Source: Selaginella moellendorffii
Lineage: Eukaryota > Plantae > Lycopodiophyta
Length of the DNA: 64,000 nt
Direction: 5' to 3'
Assembly (NCBI RefSeq): GCF_000143415.4
Contig: NW_003314271.1
Span: forward strand, 1,038,882 to 1,102,881
Each line of letters begins with the position of its first letter. The stretch's first letter is position 1. The translations under genes and the position numbers were made by a program. Below, piece by piece: positions 13,467-23,724 of the stretch. The notes beneath the pieces were generated by a model. That model saw only the letters and a list, made by a program, of their open reading frames with translations, did not search any database and was not told the DNA's origin.

Positions 13467-14966
13467 TGTAAGCAACTAAATTTTCCATTCCACTTTAATC
13501 ACTTAACCACACCTTTGACCACTTGGAGGAGTCCCACTCACAACCTCCATAAGACCTATTCCGGACTTTGAGCTTGCAATCCTCGAGAATGGCATCTATG
13601 CCACTTAACCTTTGCACTTGGTCCAAGTGCTCCACGTGTCCGATCCTATGGTCGACACCCTAAGGTATCACCAATATATCAGCCTATTCGTTAAGGCCAT
13701 GCCCATTCACTTTAGTCACACCGGTGGCCTAACACCACTTGCCTCACAGTCCCATCTCTCAAAGACTGGGCCATCTGTCCATGAGTGATCATCCCAAACC
13801 CACTCCTTAGCATCTTTAAGATGCCCGCAGACATGAGGAACAACTTTCCCCAATATCCCTTTTATAGTCCCCACTAAGTCTCTTTTCTGTCCATGGCTGT
13901 GTTTGCCAACACTACCACTTAAACAAAGCCTACAGGCCCAACCACTAAGTTCTAACTTCCTCACCACATGATTGTATCCTTGGTCACTCCACTAAAGGAC
14001 TACTCCTCTTCCTTTCTAGAGTCTAAGACTTTGGGACAACATTTCGAAACACTGTGGCTCTACGCAAGCCTCATAAATACTCTCCCCACCTTTCGCCTTT
14101 GGGTGCTTTAGCTATGGGCTTAGAGTGAGGTTTTGTTGAGCCATGCTAAGTATCTAAACAGGTAGTGCCACCCATGCTTGGACTGAGAGCATCGACCATT
14201 TGATTTTCCGGGGAATTAAAGCCGGCTCTTGAACACTTCACCAAATTACCTTGCTTGTCAATCCATATTCACTCTAGCCTTGGGACTTTCTAGTGGTTAT
14301 CTCATCACCCAACAGCTGGGTATGGCCTTCTTGGGCCAAACTGGCTCCACTAGGGTCCAACCCCCACACTCTCCCTACTATACGTTTGGAACCCCCCCCC
14401 CCCCCCCCCCCCGCCCTGAGGGACAATTGCTTTTGGCTTTCAACCAATAGCTCGTATTAGTATTCGGACTCAGACTCAGTCTCGGTTTCAGACTCGGACT
14501 TGGTCTCGGTCTCGGTCTTGGTCTCGGTTTCAATCTCGGTCTCGGTTCCATCTTGGTTCTATCTTGGACTCCATCTCAGACTCCATGTCAAGTCCATCTC
14601 GGACTCCATCTTAGACTCCATCTCGGACTCCATCTTGGGTTTGTCTCGGATCCATCTCGGACTCCATTTTGGGTCCATCTCAGACTCCATCTCATGTCCA
14701 TCTTGGGTCCATCTCGGAGTCCATCTCGAGTCCATCTCGGACTCCATCTCAGGTCCATCTTAAACTCCATCTCAGGTCCATCTCGGACTCTATCTCAGGT
14801 CCATCTCAGACTCCATCTTGGACTCCATCTCAAATTCCATCTTGGACTCTATCTCAGGTCCATCTCGAATCCTTCTCAGACTCCTTCCACATGTCATGTG
14901 TTGGTTCTTTTGTGTCCCTTTTTTAGAGACTCACTTATTGCTCACTTCGTGCTTATTCCTCGAGCC
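13467..14966 (-). mobile_element. Solo LTR 'A' (left part), interrupted by element B
   Basis: Starts TGTAAGCAACTAAATTTTCC, the reverse complement of the family LTR end. Partly decayed GGACTCCATCTC array at ~14464-14885. Resumes at 30317. Flanks ATTTT(T)/ATTTT are TSD-like. Confidence 0.85.
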
Positions 14967-16837
14967 TGTGAGACACAAAATCCCTAGGCCCCAAAGTAGA
15001 GCTGGAGGGGCGCCACGTGGTAGTGGCCGAAGCGAAAGCCAAACAAGCGTAACACATTTGGACTAAAAGCTCCGCCTTGAAAGGTCGAGAGCGGGAGTGG
15101 AACCCCTAACAAAGTGCTTGAGGAATGAGCACGAAGCGAGCCATAAGCAAGGCTCCAAAAAGGGGACCAAAAAAGGACTAACACATGACACGTGGAAGTG
15201 TCCGAGATGGAGCCGAGATGGAGCCCGAGATGGAGTCCGAGGTGGACCGAGACGGAGTCGGAGATGGAGTCCAAGAAGGACCCCGAGATGGAGTCCAAGG
15301 TGGAGTCCGAGGTGGACCCGAGATGGACCCAAAATGGAGTCCGAGATGGAGTCCGAGATGGACCCGAATGGAGTCCGAGATGGAGTCCGAGATGGAGTCC
15401 GAGAAGGACCCGAGATGGAGTCCGAGATGGAGTCCGAGATGGAGTCCGAGATGGAGTCCGAGATGGAGTCCGAGATGGACTTGAGATGGACCCGAGGTGG
15501 ACCCGAGATGGAGTCCGAGATGGAGTCCGAGAAGGACCCGAGATGGAGTCCGAGAAGGACCCGAGATGGAGTCCAAGGTGGAGTCCGAGATGGAGTCCGA
15601 GATGGACCCGAGATGGAGTTCGAGATGGAGTTCGAGATGGAGTCCGAGATGGACCCGAGATGGAGTCCGAGATGGAGTCCGAGATGGACCCGAGATGGAG
15701 TCCGAAGTCGAGACCGGGACCAAGACCGAGACCGGGACCGAGACCGAGACCGAGATCGGGACCGAGACCGAGACTGAGGCCGTGGCCGAGTTCGAGTCCG
15801 AGTCCGAATCCGAGTCCGAGTCCGAGTCCGAGTCCGAGTCCGAGTCCGAGTCCGAGTTCGAGCCTGAGAGGGTGAAAGCCCAAAGCGTTCGTCTCCCAGA
15901 CCCTGGGGGGTTTGGTGAGCTCCAAAAGTATAGTAGGGGGAGGACTGCAGTGGAGCCAGTTTGGCCAGGAAAGACCAGTTTGGCCCAGGAAGGCCGGACC
16001 CAGTGTTGGGTGATGAGCTGCCCACTGGGAAGTCCAAGACTAAAGTGAACACGGACCAACAAGCGGGGTAGCTTGGTGAAGTGTTCAAGAGCCGGCTCTA
16101 GTTCCCCCGGGAGATCGACTGGCCGATGCTCCTAGTCCAAGTGTGGGTGGCACTACCTACTTGGATACCTGTCGTGGCTCAACGGAACCTCGCTCTAAGC
16201 CCATGGCTAGAGCACCTAAAGGCGGAAGGCGGGGAGAGTACCCAGGTGGCTCGCGTAAGGCCACGGTGTTTCGAAATGTTGTCCCAAAGGCCCAGACTGT
16301 GGAAAGGAAGAGGAGTAGTCTTCTAGGGTAGTGACCAAGGACACAGTCGTGCGGTGAGGAAGTCCTAGAGGACCGTGGGACTTAGTGGTCGGGCCTGTGG
16401 GCCTCGATCCAGTGGTAGTGTCGGCAAATACGGCCAGGGGCAGAAAGGGACTTAGTGGGGACTGACAGAGGGATATTGGGGAAGGCTATTCCCCTTGTCG
16501 GTGGGCATCCTAAGGATGCTAAGGAGTGGATCTGAGATGACCACTCATGGATGGTTTGCTTAGTCTTGGAGAGCCAAGACTGTGATGCAAGTGGTATTGG
16601 ACTACCAGTGTGGCAAAGGTGATTGGGCATGGCCTTAGCGTAATAGTGTCGGTCGTGGGATCGGACACGTGGAGCACTTGGACCAAGTGCAAATGTTGAG
16701 TGGCATGGATGCCATTCTCGGGGCTAGCAAGTCCCGGGTCCTGAATTGGACTTATGGAGGTTGTGATTGAGACTCCTCCAAGTGGTCGGAAGTGTGGTTA
16801 AGTGACTAAAGTAGAATGGAAAAATTAGTCGCTTACA
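14967..16837 (+). repeat. 5' LTR of element B (1871 bp)
   Basis: TGTGAGACAC...GTCGCTTACA, followed after 3 nt by the PBS. Confidence 0.92.
15201..15862. repeat. LTR-internal minisatellite: 12/11-mers GAGATGGAGTCC / GAGATGGACCC, then hexamers GAGACC and GAGTCC
   Basis: Directly visible. Sister arrays at ~21133-21737, 23302-23724 and 29065-29589. Confidence 0.97.
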
Positions 16838-16840
16838 ATT

Positions 16841-16852
16841 TGGTATCAGAGC
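16841..16852 (+). promoter_or_regulatory. Primer-binding site (tRNA-iMet) of element B
   Basis: TGGTATCAGAGC just 3' of the LTR. Confidence 0.95.
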
Positions 16853-18953
16853 TGTTCCTTAGTCCGACTTTTATTGGTGCTCAAGTATATCACCATTGAT
16901 GTTGGCATCGGAAGGTCCTAAGAGTGGGCCTATCCTGGAGGAGTAGCATGTTGAGAGGACATGGCTCTCCACTCAAGTTCATGCGTGAACGTGGGCACAA
17001 CGTGGTGGATAGAAAAGGGCCAATAATGGAACAACTTTGGGATCTTGGGAACAATATAAGGTCTCCTCAGAGAGCTGAGGATGTGATCCAAATGAACGTT
17101 TGACGTAGCAAACGGGCTAACGTAGTTGTGATAAACAACTATAGTTGGGATCACGGGAAAGATGTAGACTCCAAAACAATAAAGGAGTCACAAGATTATC
17201 CTCATATAGTTGAGGTTGGTGCTCATGAATGTGAGACCAGAGGTAATGACCGTGGGAGGTCAAATACAGAAGAGGACTCAAGTCCTTGAAATGGTAGCTG
17301 GGGCTACCTTTAATAAATGCTGGAACAACCTAAGGAGTTGGGGGGTGTACTTAGAGATGAGTTGGTATTCTCATCACATGGACAAGTAGTCTTAAGGGGC
17401 AAAGGTTGCCCCCAGAGAACAAAATCAAGTGTTAGAGTAACACTTGTGAAAATAGTCCTTTTGAGTAGGACAGGAATGCAAGAAGTGTATTCCAATGAGC
17501 TAGTGCCTCACAAGTAGGACCTTACAGGTCTGTGGATTAACCAAGTCCAAAACTGCTAGATGACTCAAGTAGAGTCAAGAGATGGTCCTAAAAAGGACTG
17601 ATGGAAGCATTTGGACTGAGGTGTGTTGTACCCCACGAAGGATGGGGGGGGATCATAGGATCCAAGGATGAAAACAAAGGGTATCTCATCGATGGCAAAA
17701 TGTGCCATGCTAAAGTCGTGGGAAAGGTGTTCCCAAAAAGAAAACAACTTTGACACAAAGTTGTGTGAGACCTCTACGGTGCAGTGCTAACAGATGATTA
17801 GCATGAGAATGAGTGGTATTGGTCTTGGCAAAAACTTAGACACAAAGAAGAAGTGTCATAGAGGTAGGTTCGTGGAGCTGATGGTGTGGAGACACCAAAT
17901 GTGCCAAGGTGTGATATCTTGAGGCTATGTTGGTGGGTTCATGAGAACCCCTTGCCAAAGGAATCCCAATAGAAATGGGAATGGCATAGCCTAAGCTGTA
18001 GAGCATGCAGTTGAGTGTGGTGACCCAGATAATGATGGAAGTGTGGAAGCACCGGCAATGAGTTGTAGGACTTGACAACTACGAGGCAACTAAGCAAGAG
18101 GTGCAAAATAATTGGTTAAACGGGTAGAAGGTAACTACCCAAGCCTCTTAATGGCATAGGGAAGTGGATATACCCTTACGGGGGATAAGTTGCTTATGTT
18201 GCGATATAGTAAGTCAATGTCATAAAAGGAAATACTCATTGTCAAGAAAGCTATCATTGGGACACCCAAACACTCTAGAACACCAGGAGGTGGTGTTTGA
18301 TGTCGCGAGGGCAGTAGATAAGACCCAAGGGACTAAGCCCTAGCGAATGATGGATAGTAAGTGCTATCCAAATGTCCAAGGTGGCGGAGACAAGAGAAGA
18401 CTGTCTACTCGAATTGGACAAAGACAAAAATGGAATTTTGGCAAGGCTAGCAATGGGCATGCAAAGGCCCGTAAGCAACAACGTAATCCCGGTGGGTGGG
18501 ATTATAGGGTGAGCATACCTGGATTGAGGAACCACTCCCTAGGCTATCGGGTAAGTTCATCCCTAAGAATACTTGCTAAGGCATGATAGAAAGTGCAAAG
18601 CTATCCTCCTGGTCTGGAGGAGAATGATCGAAGGAAAGGTGTGAAGCCAAAAGCAAGAAGTAAGGGGATAGAACCGAACCATAGGAATCGAAGGGCATAA
18701 CCAAGGTTGGTTATGCCAGCTGGGAGTGGAGAATCAAGTGGGGGCTCGAGGGTGTTGCCGCTAGCAACCGTGATGCCATAGAGAGTCTAAAATATGGAAT
18801 TGTCCATGTTAGACTATATGGTAATTGGAAAGCTTGCAAAAAGGGAGGCCTTAGCAAGCTAAGGGATAGAGTTCCTTCAAGGTTCTCAAAGATGATTCTA
18901 GGTAGCTTAGTACCTAGAAAGGCCAAGCGTAAATGGTTCAAGGAACGCGTGAA

Positions 18954-18980
18954 ATCAGAGTGGCGCAGCAGAAGCGTGGT
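18954..18980 (+). other. tRNA-iMet 5' fragment inside element B
   Basis: ATCAGAGTGGCGCAGCAGAAGCGTGGT matches 25/27 nt of the tRNA gene at 55742. Counterpart in element C at 25921-25947 (minus strand). Confidence 0.85.
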
Positions 18981-21132
18981 CTTGAAGCTTGCCATGAGGC
19001 AAGGCTATCAAGGTTAGGGAAGTAGTTCCCGAGTGTTCAAAGAGAGGGCTTTGAACGAAAGTTGATGATCAAAGGCTTTCACGCTTGTGCAGGAACCATG
19101 TTACAGTGGTCGGAGGACTTGCCAAAGCGAGATTGGCAAGTCAGGGGAACAAATACCCTAGTTGAAGGTGATAACTTCAAAAAGGGTGGGCCATGGGGCC
19201 AAACATGGAGGAGTCCATGGATGATCACAGGCTTGTCAAGTGAGAGGACTTGGCAGTGGGGAGGAACTAGGTTCCTAAGCTGTGATCTATAGCGCGCTTT
19301 GAGTATAAGTTGGTGCACCGGCGTGGGGAGTCACGCCAGGCATCTTGGGTGATGCCATCCGTAGATGCATATACGAAGGTTGGGTTCGAGTCCCGACCCT
19401 CTAGTGCTTGGGTTCAAGTCCCAAATCACTAGGGCGTGGTGATGGTTTGGAATATGAGGACACTCATATTTCGGTGGTCATGGACTCTCAGTGTGGAGAC
19501 TGGTTTGGGCACACCGCCAAGCGAGGGATGCCTCGGAGTCGTGATGCACGGTTAGATTGCTTAGTGTGAAAGCTCGGCATATCTAACTTGAACACTTTGG
19601 TGCAAGTGGCACCAAGGACGTGGTGAGTGAGATGGGGACACCTAATCTCAGTTGCTATGAACCCTTGGCCGTAAGGGCTGGCTTGGGTGCACCGCCAAGT
19701 GTGGGGGATGCCCCCGGGGTTATAGTCAATGATTTGAAGGTCTAGAAGACTAAGTACCTCTTGGCAACTCTGTTAAGGTGCCAAGGTGAGATCACTAGGT
19801 GATCGTATGGCCAAATAAGGACAAGGTCCTTGGTTGGCTAAGGAATGAAGTTCCTAGTTCAAAATGTTGAAATTGAACTATTTAAGGTGGTGTGGCTTGG
19901 TCATGATGACCAAGTGGGAAGAGCACCTAAGGGAAATAAACTATGTCCGTGCGATGGCATAGTGAGTCCAAGGAAAGTAGTCTCTATAAAAGACCCATGG
20001 GAGGGTCACGAAGTTGGGCCGTGGATAGAGCCCATAATAGAAGATGCTAAAGAGACGTACGAGGGGTGAACATCCTCCGAACTTGGCAAAGAAGAGTCTT
20101 TGCTATGGAACCGAAAGGATACCTCAAAAACGGAGGTAGCGATCCTATGTTGCTGGGTGCAACAATCAAGGATAGGAGCAAAGGACTAGTGGCCAAGTTT
20201 GGGCCATGAAATCTAACAGAAGGGATCCAAATGGCAAAGTTAGCCAAGGAACACTAATGTGTTTGATGCTAACGGCTTGTGGGAAAGGAAGTGGACTTCC
20301 AAGGATGGATTCCTAAGTGCTCCAATTTGGCGAAGTAAAAGCTCACGGTGAGGGAGTGGCAAAGTAGCCAAAAGATAGGGCCATGGACAGCCCTAGCACA
20401 CAATATGATAACTGGAACTCAGTGCCCAAAGGTGGCATGAAATCGAACAGAGGATGATGGTGCCCTCAAGTGGAGAACTTCCTAGGATGAGGAAGTGGAG
20501 TTGCACAATATGTGCAATGCAAGGTGTCGGAGACACCTAGGAAATTGACTTCGAGAAGTCAGAATTAAAAGTTCCAAAGTGCAAGGGTTATAGCACTGGA
20601 AAGTGAGACCACTTGAGAACGAGTAGTGGGATCGAGTTAGAGAAGGTGTCTCTAACAAGTTTAGTGAGAACTAAACCAATAAAAGGAGAGAACCACCACA
20701 AGCGGTCAAATGAGCCTCTAAGTTGGAGAGGCTATACTCCTTAGAGGATGGACAAGGCATGGTGAGCCTTTGGTGTCAAACCATAGACAAATATTGGCTG
20801 GGTGCCAAGGATGGAAATGGTAACACATGCGGGTGTAACTTTATGAAAGGGTTTACCGTTCGATGAGGACATCGAACTTCGTCTATGGGTGGTGGAGTTG
20901 TGAGACACAAAATCCCTAGGCCCCAAAGTAGAGCCGGAGGGGCTCCACGTGGTAGTGGCCGAAGCGAAAGCCAAACGAGCGTAACACATTTGGACTAAAA
21001 GCTCCGCCTTGAAAGGTCGAGAGTGGGAGTGGAACCCCTAACAAAGTGCTTGAGGAATGAGCACGAAGCGAGCCATAAGCGAGGCTCCAAAAAGGGGACC
21101 CAAAAAGGACTAACACATGACATGTGGAAGTG

Positions 21133-21737
21133 TCCGAGATGGAGCCGAGATGGAGCCGAGATGGAGCCCGAGATGGAGTCCGAGGTGGACCGAGACGGAG
21201 TCCGAGATGGAGTCCGAGATGGAGTCCGAGATGGAGTCCGAGAAGGACCCCGAGATGGAGTCCGAGGTGGAGTCCGAGGTGGACCCGAGATGGACCCGAA
21301 ATGGAGTCCGAGATGGAGTCCAAGATGGAGTCCGAGATGGACCCGAGATGGAGTCCGAGATGGAGTCCGAGATGGAGTCCGAGACGGAGTCCGAGATGGA
21401 GTCCGAGATGGACTTGAGATGGACCCGAGATGGACCCGAGGTGGACCCAAGATGGAGTCCGAGATGGAGTCCGAGAAGGACCCGAGATGGAGTCCGAGCT
21501 GGAGTCCGAGCTGGAGTCCAAGATGGACCCGAGATGGACCCGATATGGAGTCCGAGATGGACCCGAGATGGAGTCCGAAGTTGAGACCGGGACCAAGACC
21601 GAGACCGGGACCGAGACCGAGACCGAGATCGGGACCGAGACTGAGACTAAGGCCGAGGCCGAGTTCGAGTCCGAGTCCGAATCCGAGTCCGAGTCCAAGT
21701 CCGAGTCCGAGTCCGAGTCCGAGTCCGAGTTCGAGCC
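21133..21737. repeat. LTR minisatellite, 3' LTR of B
   Basis: Same units as 15201-15862. Confidence 0.95.
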
Positions 21738-22090
21738 TGAGAGGGTGAAAGCCCAAAGCGTTCGTCTCCCAGACCCTGGGGGGTTTGGTGAGCTCCAAAA
21801 GTATAGTAGGGGGAGGACTGCAGTGGAGCCAGTTTGGCCAGGAAAGGCCAGTTTGGCCCAGGAAGGCCGGACCCAGTGTTGGGTGATGAGCTGCCCACTG
21901 GGAAGTCCAAGACTAGAGTGAACACGGACCGACAAGCGGGGTAGCTTGGTGAAGTGTTCAAAAGCTGGCTCTAGTTCCCCCGGGAGATCGACTGGCCGAT
22001 GCTCCCAGTCCAAGTGTGGGTGGCACTACCTACTTGGATACCTATCGCGGCTCATCGGAACCTCGCTCTAGACCTATGGCTAGAGCACCT

Positions 22091-22330
22091 NNNNNNNNNN
22101 NNNNNNNNNNNNNNNNNNNNNNNNNNNNNNNNNNNNNNNNNNNNNNNNNNNNNNNNNNNNNNNNNNNNNNNNNNNNNNNNNNNNNNNNNNNNNNNNNNNN
22201 NNNNNNNNNNNNNNNNNNNNNNNNNNNNNNNNNNNNNNNNNNNNNNNNNNNNNNNNNNNNNNNNNNNNNNNNNNNNNNNNNNNNNNNNNNNNNNNNNNNN
22301 NNNNNNNNNNNNNNNNNNNNNNNNNNNNNN
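22091..22330. other. Assembly gap (240 N) covering the B/C junction
   Basis: Run of N. Confidence 1.
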
Positions 22331-23301
22331 TAAATTTTCCATTCTACTTTAGTCACTTAACCACACCTCCGACCACTTGGAGGAGTCTCATTCACAACCT
22401 CCATCAGTCCAATTCAGGACTTAGGACTTGCTAGCCCCAAGAATGGCATCCATGCCACTCAACACTTGCACCTGGTCCAAGGGCTCCTCATGTCCGGTCC
22501 CAAGACCGACACCCAAAGGTACCACTGACATCTCGGCCCGTTACGCTAAGGCCATGCCCATTCACCTCTGCTGCACTAGTGGTCCAATACCACTTGCATC
22601 ACAATCCCGTCTCTCCAAGACTGGGCCATGTGTCCACGAGTGGTCATCCTAGATCCACTCCTTAGCATCCTTAGGATGCCCACAGACCTGGGGAATTGCC
22701 TTCCCCAAAGTCCCTTTGTCAGTTCCTACCAAGTCCCTTTCTGCCCCTGGCAATGTTTGCCAACACTGCCACTGGATTGAGGCCCACAGGCCCGACCCCT
22801 AAGTCCCATGGTCCTCTGGGACTTCTTCACCACACGACTGTGTCCTTGGTCACTACCCCAGAGGACTGCTCCTCTTCCTTTCCACAGTCTAGGCCTTTGG
22901 GACAACATTTCGGAACACTGTGGCCTTACGCGAGCCACCTGAGTACTCTCCCCGCCTTTCGCCTTTAGGTGCTCTAGCCATGGGCTTAGAGTGAGGTTCC
23001 ATTGAGCCACGCTTGGTATCCAAGTAGGTAGTGCCACCCACACTTGGACTGGGAGCATCGGCCAGTCGATCTCCCGGGGGAACTAGAGCCGGCTCTTGAA
23101 CACTTCACCAAGCTACCCCGCTTGTCGGTCCGTATTCACTCTAGTCTTGGACTTCCCAGTGGTCAGTTCATCACCCAACACTGGGTCTGGCCTTCCTGGG
23201 CCAAACTGGCTCCACTGCAGTCCTCCCCCCTACTATACTTTTGGAGCTCACCAAACCCCCCAGGGTCTGGGAGACGAACGCTTTGGGCTTTCACCCTCTC
23301 A

Positions 23302-23724
23302 GACTCGAACTCGGACTTGGACTCGGACTCGGACTCGGACTCGGACTCGGACTCGGGCTCGGGCTCGGTCTCAGCCTTGGCCTCGGCCTCGGTCTCGGTC
23401 CCGGTCTCGCTCTCGACTTCGGACTCCATCTCGGACTCCATCTCGGACTCCATCTCAGACTCCATCTCGGGTCCATCTCGGACTCCATCTCGGGTCCATC
23501 TCGGACTCCATCTCGGACTCCATTTCGGGTCCATCTCGGGTCCACCTAGGACTCCATCTCGGACTCCATTTCGGGTCCATCTCGGACTCCATCTCGGACT
23601 CCATTTCAGGTCCATCTCGGGTCCACCTCGGACTCCAACTCGGGTCCATCTCGGACTCCACTTCGGACTCCAACTCGGGTCCATCTCGGACTCCACTTCG
23701 GACTCCAACTCGAGTCCATCTCGA
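23302..23724. repeat. LTR minisatellite, 3' LTR of C
   Basis: GGACTC hexamers then GGACTCCATCTC / GGGTCCATCTC units. Confidence 0.95.

Noticed and set aside
15201-15712. CRISPR-like regular repeats
   Set aside because: Units are contiguous with no unique spacers, there are no cas genes, and the context is a eukaryotic LTR.
14500-16088. Long ORFs in several frames (SDSISG, RTPS, MESE, LGLH repeats); likewise 20916-22013, 23044-23985 and 28789-29913
   Set aside because: By-products of stop-free 6/11/12-bp minisatellites inside LTRs. Frames shift between copies.
18711-18995. Antisense ORF shared by elements B and C (25906..26166)
   Set aside because: Sharing is expected from recent common descent. 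No recognised domain, and it overlaps structured and tRNA-derived sequence.
19845-19930. Chromodomain-like KVVWLGH..TKWEEHL
   Set aside because: Needs a frameshift, coincides with a DNA hairpin, and the corresponding region of element C does not preserve it.
21999-22356. ORFs spanning N runs (also 43082-43901)
   Set aside because: Assembly gap artefacts.
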